From Candidatus Woesebacteria bacterium (GTDB lineage Bacteria > Patescibacteriota > Microgenomatia > UBA8517): 64,000 nucleotides of DNA. The stretch is from contig JAFGPD010000010.1 in assembly GCA_016926185.1 (NCBI GenBank), positions 1,444 through 65,443 of the forward strand, given 5' to 3'. Shown piece after piece: positions 8,357-16,551 of the stretch (the first letter of the stretch is position 1; each line of letters opens with the position of its first letter). The position numbers and the translations under genes are program-made. Below the pieces are notes generated by a model. That model worked only from the letters and a program-made list of their open reading frames with translations. It had not been told where the DNA came from and searched no databases.

Positions 8357-10705
8357 ATGTACTTAATGACAGATCTGAAGAATTTTTTCTCTAAATTCAA
8401 AACGAATAAAAAGCTGAAATATATTCTTATTTTCTATTGCGTAATTATTGTTTCCTTCCTCTTTTACAAAGCACTGAACGCCGATTTTAACTTTAATTTA
8501 GGAAAGATCGATGACTGGCAATTCACTCCTGATGTGACTTCTTCACTTTATGATCTTGATATAGGTAAATTTATGCGCAATTTGTCGGTTGTACAGTTTT
8601 TTGTGCTTATTGTTCTTCATTTTCTATATGCTCTTATACCGATAAACATTTTTTATCTGAATTATCGTTTTTTTGGATTTATTGTACGCAGGTTCAGAAA
8701 AGAGCTTAAATTCGGCAGCCGAAAGAATGTTGGCAGATCTATTCTTCTGCTTATTTTGGGAATTTTATCTGCCGGTGCCACAGTTTACTTATCTATACAA
8801 AGCAATTGGATCCTGCCTCCTGTTTTGGGTGCGGCAGTAATAGTATTAGCGTTAACACTTATTTATATAATCGTTTCCTCAATTTTATTGATTGTTAGAA
8901 CACTGAACATAATTTACAGAAAGCTGGCTAATAAATCCCTTTTTGGCATGAAGAGGAAATGGCTGTGGAACTTTAGTAGTGTAGTATCTGTATTGCTAAT
9001 ATTGGTGTGGGTGGGATTAAATATATGGGAAATATTTTTCGGGATTGATCTTTTCAGTGCTACAAATATCACTCCGGTTGGTGGTGGTCTAACGTCGATG
9101 AGCGCACCCTCATTCGGTTCATCTACAGGTACTTTCAATCTATCGCCTGATAGTGCACTCATGCCGTCAGGGGGAGGAGGATTTAGCGGTAGAACCTCTG
9201 ACAATATAGGCTTTTCTACAGGAGGAGCGAAGGATATAAATAACTTCAGGGAAAATATTAAAAATAAATACTTACCGCTTTTTACCGACGTGACTTATGA
9301 GGGACTTTTCTATGATTATTATTTTGATACTGGTCAGCAAGAGGAATGTGCTGAGCTTTTTTGTCCGTCGTATAGTTATGCACAATCTGCCGATCCGCTG
9401 TCAGGAGAGCCGCAATATTTCCTTTCGGTCGGCCTAAATTCCGGCATTAAACAATCTGATTTCCAAAGAAAGAAGCTCAATCTTGTTATTGTGATGGATA
9501 TTTCCGGCTCTATGAGCTCGAGTTTTAATAGATATTACTACGATCGTAAAACTAACGAATATGATGCTGAAGAGGAAAGTAAAAGCAAGATGCAGGTTGC
9601 GAATGAATCGGTTGTTGCGTTGCTTGATCATTTAAATCCTCAGGACAGGTACGGAATGGTATTGTTTGACGGCAGTGCTTATCTGGCTAAACCACTGAGG
9701 CTTTTAGATACAACAGACCTGGAAAGTATAAAGGGTCACATTCTTGAGATATCTCCGCAGGGTTCTACGAACATGGAGGCGGGATATAAACTCGGTACTG
9801 AGGTTATTGAAGAATACTTGGATATAGACCCCGAGGAATATGAGAATAGGATAATCTTTTTGACCGATGCACAGCCCAACACCGGTGTTTTAAGCGAGGA
9901 AGGATTGGTAGGACTATCTCTAAATAATGCAGATAGGGGAATCTATACTACATTTATCGGGATCGGAGTGGATTTTAATACCGAGCTTATTGAAGCAATG
10001 ACAAAGATAAAGGGTGCCAATTACTATTCTATTCACTCTGCTTCTGACTTTAAGTACAGAATGGATGAAGGTTTTGACTATATGGTCACACCTTTGGTTT
10101 TTGATCTTGTTTTAAAGCTTGATAGTCCTGGGTTTACTATTGATAAGGTATATGGATCTCCGGAGGCGAATCTGGCAACTGGGGAGATAATGAGAGTTAA
10201 TACCTTATTCCCATCTGATAGCACATCGGAAGGTGTTAAGGGAGGAATTGTTCTTCTGAAATTATCTAAAAATACTGATTCGGCTGAGGAAGTGAGTTTG
10301 GAGGTTTCATACGAGGATCGATTGGGTCAGCTGCACAATAATGAAAAGAAAGCAAATATAACAGTTATGGACAGCGATTATTATCCCAATACTGGTGTAC
10401 GAAAAGCAATATTGCTGACACGCTATGCAAATCTTTTGAAAAATTGGATACAAGATCAAAGATCAATATCTCAGCAAAACACTACTTATACAGAACCCTG
10501 TGTAAGTTCTGAGAGTGGTATTATTATTCCGGTTGAGAGAGAATTAAGTCGGTGGGAGAGAACTTCAGTTCCTTTAAAGGTAATGCCCGAATACAGGGAC
10601 TTCTTTTTTACATTTAATAATTACTTCGTTCAGGAAATGCAATATTTGCAGGATCAGGATCTTGAACGGGAGGTGCAGGTTTTTGATCTTTTAATTAACA
10701 ATTAA
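8357..10705 (+). CDS. Membrane-anchored von Willebrand factor A domain protein
   Basis: N-terminal TMs; MIDAS DISGSM, GSTNMEAG, IIFLTDAQPN, TFIGIGVDFN. Confidence 0.85.
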   Translation: MYLMTDLKNFFSKFKTNKKLKYILIFYCVIIVSFLFYKALNADFNFNLGKIDDWQFTPDVTSSLYDLDIGKFMRNLSVVQFFVLIVLHFLYALIPINIFYLNYRFFGFIVRRFRKELKFGSRKNVGRSILLLILGILSAGATVYLSIQSNWILPPVLGAAVIVLALTLIYIIVSSILLIVRTLNIIYRKLANKSLFGMKRKWLWNFSSVVSVLLILVWVGLNIWEIFFGIDLFSATNITPVGGGLTSMSAPSFGSSTGTFNLSPDSALMPSGGGGFSGRTSDNIGFSTGGAKDINNFRENIKNKYLPLFTDVTYEGLFYDYYFDTGQQEECAELFCPSYSYAQSADPLSGEPQYFLSVGLNSGIKQSDFQRKKLNLVIVMDISGSMSSSFNRYYYDRKTNEYDAEEESKSKMQVANESVVALLDHLNPQDRYGMVLFDGSAYLAKPLRLLDTTDLESIKGHILEISPQGSTNMEAGYKLGTEVIEEYLDIDPEEYENRIIFLTDAQPNTGVLSEEGLVGLSLNNADRGIYTTFIGIGVDFNTELIEAMTKIKGANYYSIHSASDFKYRMDEGFDYMVTPLVFDLVLKLDSPGFTIDKVYGSPEANLATGEIMRVNTLFPSDSTSEGVKGGIVLLKLSKNTDSAEEVSLEVSYEDRLGQLHNNEKKANITVMDSDYYPNTGVRKAILLTRYANLLKNWIQDQRSISQQNTTYTEPCVSSESGIIIPVERELSRWERTSVPLKVMPEYRDFFFTFNNYFVQEMQYLQDQDLEREVQVFDLLINN

Positions 10706-10773
10706 AGTGTGACATTGTACTTTTTTGTTCTTCTAGTTTGACCCTATAATATATTTGAGTTAAAATACTTGTA

Positions 10774-11043
10774 ATGGAATGTATAAAATGGCTGAGAGAA
10801 AGATTTTTCAAAGGAATTCGCGAAGTGAATGAGGACTCTGGAGAGAAGGCTTTTGGAAGATTACCTGAGAATATTCAAGCTGATTTGACATCTGCAAACG
10901 TAGAGGACCGTATTAAAGCTGCCAACTGGCTGGCAGAACAGGAACTAACTGGAAAGATCAGTCGTGGCACTGGTTCAGCACAGAGTTTTGCTGCAGACGT
11001 AATAGCACAGAGAGAATTATCTTCAAAAAATACAAAAAGTTGA
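10774..11043 (+). CDS. Hypothetical protein
   Basis: 89-aa ORF behind TTGACC-N17-TAAAAT (10738-10766). Confidence 0.6.
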   Translation: MECIKWLRERFFKGIREVNEDSGEKAFGRLPENIQADLTSANVEDRIKAANWLAEQELTGKISRGTGSAQSFAADVIAQRELSSKNTKS

Positions 11044-11295
11044 TAGTTTTACAGATTAATTTCAAGGCCCTGTTTAAAGTTTTTAGACCTTAAGGTTTGG
11101 TAATTACTTTATTTTGTGGTATAATTTCCATGTGACAAGCAGATCGAAGGAATATATCTGCTTAAATAGATTTAACGTTTTGAGTAAATAAGATAAGGAT
11201 ACCCCAAATAGATTTAATTAATTAAAGTATCTTCATCAGCAAATTCATTATAAGTTTCTTCATTTAGGCAGTTATGTTTTTTTGATCTTAAGATC

Positions 11296-12480
11296 ATGTA
11301 TAAAAGACATTATCACAGTAGAAACAACAGAGGAGCAAACAACAAAAGAATTAATAATGCTAGTCAGGTAGTTAGTGCTATACGTGCTATTAAATCTCTT
11401 CCAAAGGAAAGTATAAGTGATGACTCCGATAAATTCATTCCATTGAATGAATTTAAAGACTTTGCAATATCGGACAGATTGAAGTTAAACATACAAAACA
11501 AAAGATATGAACTTCCTACTCCGATCCAGGACAAGGCTATTCCCTCTATTCTTGATGGGCGAGATATTATTGGAATTGCCAATACCGGAACCGGAAAAAC
11601 CGCAGCTTTTCTCATTCCTCTAATTGAAAAGGTTTCAAGAGATCCCAGTCAAAAAGTAATTATTATTTTACCGACAAGAGAGCTCGCGGATCAGACCAGC
11701 GACGAGTTGTATGGATTTACATACGGAACACCGGTAAGCTGGACAGTGTGTGTAGGAGGGAAAAATATGGTAAAGCAAATTAACGACCTGGAAAAAGGAC
11801 CAAATTTTGTAATAGGAACACCGGGAAGACTTCTTGATCTGTCCAAGAAAGGCTTTTTGAATTTAAGAGAATTTGGAAATGTTGTACTCGACGAGGCTGA
11901 CAGAATGGTTGATATGGGCTTTATTCGAGATATTAGATATTTTATTGCCAATCTACCGAAAGACCGTCAGTCTTTGTTTTTCTCTGCAACCATTCCACCA
12001 AAAGTGGGAGAGATCTTGAAAAATTTTGTATCAGATCCGGTGACGATATCTGTTAAAAAAAGTGATGCAATTTCCAATATAGATCACGAGCTGATAAATG
12101 TTAACAATAAAGCAGCCAAGTTCAAAAAACTCAGCGATCTATTAAGAAGAGATGAACTGGAAAAAGTACTGATTTTTGGGCGTACAAAATGGGGTGTGCA
12201 AAAGCTTTCCAATGAACTTTATAAGAAAGGTTTCAATACGGGTGCGATACATGGGAACAAAAACCAATCGCAACGACAAAGAGTACTTGATGATTTTAAG
12301 GCTGGAAGGATCAGGATCATGATCGCAACAGATGTTTTGTCAAGAGGAATAGATGTTGATGACATTAGTCATGTAATTAACTATGACCTCCCGGGTTCGT
12401 ATGAGGATTATATTCACAGGATCGGGCGTACTGGACGGGCGAAAAAAAACGGAGTAGCGCTGACTTTTGTAGAAAATTGA
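11296..12480 (+). CDS. DEAD-box RNA helicase
   Basis: PTPIQ, ANTGTGKT, PTRELA, TPGRL, DEAD, SAT, HRIGRTGR. Confidence 0.95.
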   Translation: MYKRHYHSRNNRGANNKRINNASQVVSAIRAIKSLPKESISDDSDKFIPLNEFKDFAISDRLKLNIQNKRYELPTPIQDKAIPSILDGRDIIGIANTGTGKTAAFLIPLIEKVSRDPSQKVIIILPTRELADQTSDELYGFTYGTPVSWTVCVGGKNMVKQINDLEKGPNFVIGTPGRLLDLSKKGFLNLREFGNVVLDEADRMVDMGFIRDIRYFIANLPKDRQSLFFSATIPPKVGEILKNFVSDPVTISVKKSDAISNIDHELINVNNKAAKFKKLSDLLRRDELEKVLIFGRTKWGVQKLSNELYKKGFNTGAIHGNKNQSQRQRVLDDFKAGRIRIMIATDVLSRGIDVDDISHVINYDLPGSYEDYIHRIGRTGRAKKNGVALTFVEN

Positions 12481-12608
12481 ATATTATTGCTTGTTCTTGC
12501 ATGGCGATTTGCTATTATAATGATTTACGCGTATACTTCAGTTTGGTTAATGAAGTATTACGAAAAGCCGAATTCTTCGGGTAAATATAACATATATAAT
12601 TTATAAAA

Positions 12609-13076
12609 ATGAACAATTACAGATCTGACAGAGATAGAGGAAGAAACTTCAGAAGAAACTCCGATGATAGAGGAGGAAGACGTGAAATGTTTGATGCCGT
12701 TTGTGCTAACTGTGGAAACGATTGCAAAATTCCTTTCCAGCCACGAAATGATAAACCTGTATACTGCAGTGATTGTTTTGAAAAAATGGGTGGCGGTGAT
12801 GATAGGAATTCAGGGAGGAGATCCCGACGCGATGACTCACGAAGGACAAGCACGAGCGGATTTAGATCTGGCGGTTTTGATAAGAATGAATTCGAGAAAC
12901 TCAATAAAGGTATAGAAGCGATGAATAAAAAGCTTGACAAGATAATAATATTGCTTTCTCCTGCCGACGTTAAAGAAAAGTCAGAACCGGAAGCTAAAAA
13001 GAAAAAAGAAGCACCAAAAGAAAAAGCTCTAAAAACCAAAAAACCTGCAAAGAAAGAAAAAAAGGAAAGTAAATAA
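12609..13076 (+). CDS. CxxC-x17-CxxC zinc-ribbon domain protein
   Basis: MFDAVCANCGNDCKIPFQPRNDKPVYCSDCF; RG-rich flanks. Confidence 0.85.
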   Translation: MNNYRSDRDRGRNFRRNSDDRGGRREMFDAVCANCGNDCKIPFQPRNDKPVYCSDCFEKMGGGDDRNSGRRSRRDDSRRTSTSGFRSGGFDKNEFEKLNKGIEAMNKKLDKIIILLSPADVKEKSEPEAKKKKEAPKEKALKTKKPAKKEKKESK

Positions 13077-13213
13077 ATTTTCTTATCTTCATATTTAAAC
13101 TAATTTTTTTTGACCAAAGCTAAAAAGTTGACCGAAAGTTACTTATAAAACTACACGTCCAATAAGAATAATTTAGTCAATTAAATTAGCATTATTTATG
13201 GTAATATTGAATT

Positions 13214-13393
13214 ATCATTAACGAACAAACTACCGAGAAACTAATTGAACAATTTGAAAAAAAGGGAGGTCGGATCAATAGATACTACCTTTCAAGACCT
13301 ATATTGAAAGGCCCGGCTCTTGTATATCTTAAAGGTTGGTACCGCGGCAGCAATCTTCGCGATGCAGTTATCAGAGCCCTGAAAAAAGATTAA
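13214..13393 (+). pseudogene. Possible small gene with non-canonical or mutated start (ATC)
   Basis: 59 open codons (INEQTTEKLIEQFEKKGGRINRYYLSRPILKGPALVYLKGWYRG...) with ATC 6 nt after TGGTAATAT. Confidence 0.3.
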
Positions 13394-13505
13394 CTTCCAT
13401 TATATAAAATATTAATTATCTGATCCTGCTCTTTCTAAAGACAATTTGTAGTTTGACCGAAGGATAGGGCAAAGGTAAAATAACATGCAGATGTCAAAGC
13501 ATTAC

Positions 13506-13549
13506 CCCCCTTCGTCTTTAGTCATACTAAAGACTACGGAAGGGCAGGC
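13506..13549. repeat. REP-like palindromic element
   Basis: CCCTTC-GTCTTTAG-TCATA-CTAAAGAC-TACG-GAAGGG-CAGG hairpin. Confidence 0.7.
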
Positions 13550-13567
13550 AATCCAAAACATACAATT

Positions 13568-14317
13568 ATGAGCAAATACTATAATCCTAAAAGAGGAAGT
13601 GATTGGAATTACGGAGGCAGGAACTGGAAACTGAGCCGATCAAAGCTTGAACTTTTTCTTGAATGTCCAAAGTGTTTTTATCTTGATAATAAGTTGGGGA
13701 CCAAAAGACCTCCCGGGTATCCCTTTAACTTAAATACAGCTGTTGATACTCTTTTGAAAAAGGAATTCGATATCTTGCGTGCAAAAGGAGAAAAACATCC
13801 TTTGCAGAAAGAATATGGAGTGGATGCAGTTCCTGTTCCACATGAGGATTTGGATGAGTGGCGGGATAATTTTAAAGGTGTCGCAATCACTCACGAAAAA
13901 ACTGGGATGATCGTCACTGGAGCGATCGATGATCTTTGGATCGATTCCAATGACAACTATATCGTTGTAGATTATAAATCGACTTCGACAGACGAACAAA
14001 TTACGGAGCTTACAAAGGACCATCATGAAAGCTATAAAAGGCAGATGGAGATATATCAGTGGCTGCTTCGGCAAAAGGGATATAAAGTCTCTGACAAAGG
14101 ATATTTTGTTTACTGTAATGGGCGCACTGATGTTGAGGCATTTGATGGGAAGATCGAGTTTGATGTTACGTTGATCGAGTATGTTGGAGATGACAGTTGG
14201 GTTGAGAATACCATTATTGCAGCCCATAAATGTTTGGAGTCGGATGATATCCCTAAGTCCGATGAAGACTGTGATTATTGTGCCTATCGTAAAACTGTCG
14301 AGAAATTAGAAAAATAA
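13568..14317 (+). CDS. PD-(D/E)XK nuclease family protein (RecB/Cas4-like, Cys-containing)
   Basis: LSRSKL...CPKCFY; GAIDDLW; VDYKS; QMEIY; C-terminal CDYC. Confidence 0.85.
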   Translation: MSKYYNPKRGSDWNYGGRNWKLSRSKLELFLECPKCFYLDNKLGTKRPPGYPFNLNTAVDTLLKKEFDILRAKGEKHPLQKEYGVDAVPVPHEDLDEWRDNFKGVAITHEKTGMIVTGAIDDLWIDSNDNYIVVDYKSTSTDEQITELTKDHHESYKRQMEIYQWLLRQKGYKVSDKGYFVYCNGRTDVEAFDGKIEFDVTLIEYVGDDSWVENTIIAAHKCLESDDIPKSDEDCDYCAYRKTVEKLEK

Positions 14318-14372
14318 GATAAATATACACTTCGTTAACAATAAAAGAATAAAATTGAGTTAAAATGATTTA

Positions 14373-15353
14373 ATGACAGAGGAAATAGGTAATGGTGACT
14401 TTGAGGATAAAAAGATTACACGAAGGCAATTTCTAAAGTTGGTTGGTGCTTCTACAGGTGCTGCAATCATGTCAAATTCACTTCTTGGTGAAGTTATAGC
14501 CAGCAAAGAAACCGAACTGAAGAAGATAGAAGATGCCTATTCTGAATATAGCATCTCTTGGAAGGCAAGGCCATGGGTGTGGGCAAATTTAGCTATAGCA
14601 CGTGAGCATATCGATGGAATCCAAATTAAACCAGGTGAAGAGATCTCTTTGAATGATCTTTTAGATTTTGACGAGATGGAAGCGGCATCTCGGGTTAATA
14701 CAGATCCAAGTGAAGGTTACGTTGCTGCACAGATGTCTACAAAAATTGATGGTTGGGGATATGGACTTTGTCTTGCAGCCACTGCTCTATATCGGGCTGC
14801 TTTGGAATCTCCTTTGGAAATTACAGAAAGAGGGACGCATTATGATATTTATCCTAGTTATTTTAAAGATAGGCCAATAGGTACTGATGCGGCTGTCTAC
14901 AAACCGGAGGTTGATGATGATTTACCTGAAACTGATCTGAAATTAAGAAATCCGACTGATAAATTAATAACACTGAAATTTGGTGTCTTTAGTGCTGATG
15001 GAGAAGAAATTGAGGTTCCCGATAGAGAAATATCCGAAATTTGGTATAAAGCTACATACTTGGATCATTTAGTAAAAATATTAAGACGTAGATTGGGTAA
15101 GATGACTGGGGTTAATATGCCTGAACAGTATTTTCCGGAGCATACATTCGGGAATAGGAATATATTGGTCAGGGCAGCTTTTTCGGGTGAAAGTATTGAC
15201 TATAATGTAAACATTAGTGATGTTAGGAAAATCGTATCTTCTGATCCAAACACAGCTTCTCAATACACGTTTGACCGTAAACTGGTTATTAACGAAGGAG
15301 CGGAGACAAAGAATATCAGTGAATTGCATATATCTCAGTATAGAAATACCTGA
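14373..15353 (+). CDS. VanW-like domain protein with twin-arginine-type leader
   Basis: TRRQFLK + hydrophobic stretch; IKPGEEISLN, GYGLCLAATALYRAAL..LEITER..H, GTDAAV, DLKLRN. Confidence 0.7.
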   Translation: MTEEIGNGDFEDKKITRRQFLKLVGASTGAAIMSNSLLGEVIASKETELKKIEDAYSEYSISWKARPWVWANLAIAREHIDGIQIKPGEEISLNDLLDFDEMEAASRVNTDPSEGYVAAQMSTKIDGWGYGLCLAATALYRAALESPLEITERGTHYDIYPSYFKDRPIGTDAAVYKPEVDDDLPETDLKLRNPTDKLITLKFGVFSADGEEIEVPDREISEIWYKATYLDHLVKILRRRLGKMTGVNMPEQYFPEHTFGNRNILVRAAFSGESIDYNVNISDVRKIVSSDPNTASQYTFDRKLVINEGAETKNISELHISQYRNT

Positions 15354-15514
15354 TACATTCTATAAATAAAAATAACTCCGTTTTGTAAGATGGCTTAACT
15401 GTAAAAGCAAGAGTGTTGAAAATATCTAACCTGATGATAAAAAACTTGTACTTCTTGATAGAATTCATTAAAAGATATATAGAATCATTACTGAAATTAA
15501 GGAGGTGAGAATTT

Positions 15515-15793
15515 ATGGCAGTGAAAAAAAGTGAGAATAAACCAAATCTCCAGCAGGTAAGTATAAACCTGGACACAACACCGGTTTTGTATACGGATAA
15601 TATCAATCTTAATGTTAACCCGGACGGTGTTGTTTTGGATGTTATGCAACGCTTAGGTCCGACCAACCAGACTCGCATTGTATCAAGAGTTGGTATGAGC
15701 CGTGATCATGCTAAAAAGTTTGTCGAAAAATTAGGAAAACTTCTCCTAAAGTCGGAAGGAAAGCTGGCAACCGGAAAGAGCATATTGAATTAG
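15515..15793 (+). CDS. DUF3467-like protein
   Basis: PVLYTDNINL...VVLDVMQ...IVSRVGMSRDHAKKF; SD AGGAGGTG upstream. Confidence 0.7.
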   Translation: MAVKKSENKPNLQQVSINLDTTPVLYTDNINLNVNPDGVVLDVMQRLGPTNQTRIVSRVGMSRDHAKKFVEKLGKLLLKSEGKLATGKSILN

Positions 15794-15796
15794 ATA

Positions 15797-16348
15797 TTAT
15801 TTTGGTGAAGAAATCTCTTTAATATCAAAATTAGACAATTTATTCAAAAATGAATAAAAAGCCAATGAAGGAAGTGAAATTAGCCAGAAAATCACTAGAA
15901 TTATTCTGATCGTATTAGCCCCTTCCGGTGCTTGCGGGAAGAAAGTGCTGACCAAAGCTGCGACCAGAAGGACAGTTATAAGAATGATTCGTAACTTTAA
16001 CTTGTTGAACTTTTGTACGTTTCTAAAAAGTTTTTTTGTCAGAGGTTTTAATATAGAGCTGATAACATATAGAGGTGTAGTGATCCATAAATAAGCTTTT
16101 ATAATATCATTTTCATCAGCTTCAAAAGTATCAGGTATACCAAAAAAATTGAAAATATTTGCAAATCTACTGAAGTCGCCATCTCCTGATAGATTGACAA
16201 CAAAGACAATGATGAATGCGAAGGAGATTAAGATAGATGCTGTCAATATATTAAATGATAAATAACTGATCAAAAGCTGAAATGCCCTAAGAATTACAGG
16301 TGCGAAATGGCTTTGTGAGTAAGTTGGTACTTTTTTGATCGTCGACAT
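15797..16348 (-). CDS. Hypothetical membrane protein
   Basis: About 4 TM segments. Confidence 0.65.
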   Translation of the reverse strand: MSTIKKVPTYSQSHFAPVILRAFQLLISYLSFNILTASILISFAFIIVFVVNLSGDGDFSRFANIFNFFGIPDTFEADENDIIKAYLWITTPLYVISSILKPLTKKLFRNVQKFNKLKLRIILITVLLVAALVSTFFPQAPEGANTIRIILVIFWLISLPSLAFYSFLNKLSNFDIKEISSPK

Positions 16349-16551
16349 AGATGGTTCTAAAATAATTTTATAGGTTTTTTGTGTTTATCAAAAGTCTTAA
16401 GTGCACTGAACGTGATAATAAGTAAATTATTTTACTTTCATAAAAAATAAAAACTTTTGATAGTTAACCTTTCAGATATACATTTGGGATATAATAATTA
16501 CAACAACTCTAACGGTTTGAATGCTGTTATTGGGCTGTTACTATATAAGTC

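Noticed and set aside
1015-10766. CRISPR array or classical integron
   Set aside because: The repeats are separated by whole genes rather than 30-40-nt spacers. I found no RYYYAAC...GTTRRRY attC hairpins, no intI and no cas operon.
13105-13140. Two further TTGACC copies (TTTGACCAAA, GTTGACCGAAA) as array junctions
   Set aside because: They lack the extended consensus and a directly following ORF; at most ordinary or decayed promoters.
13568-14317. Cas4 of a CRISPR system
   Set aside because: No cas1/cas2 or array nearby; a stand-alone PD-(D/E)XK nuclease is the more economical call.
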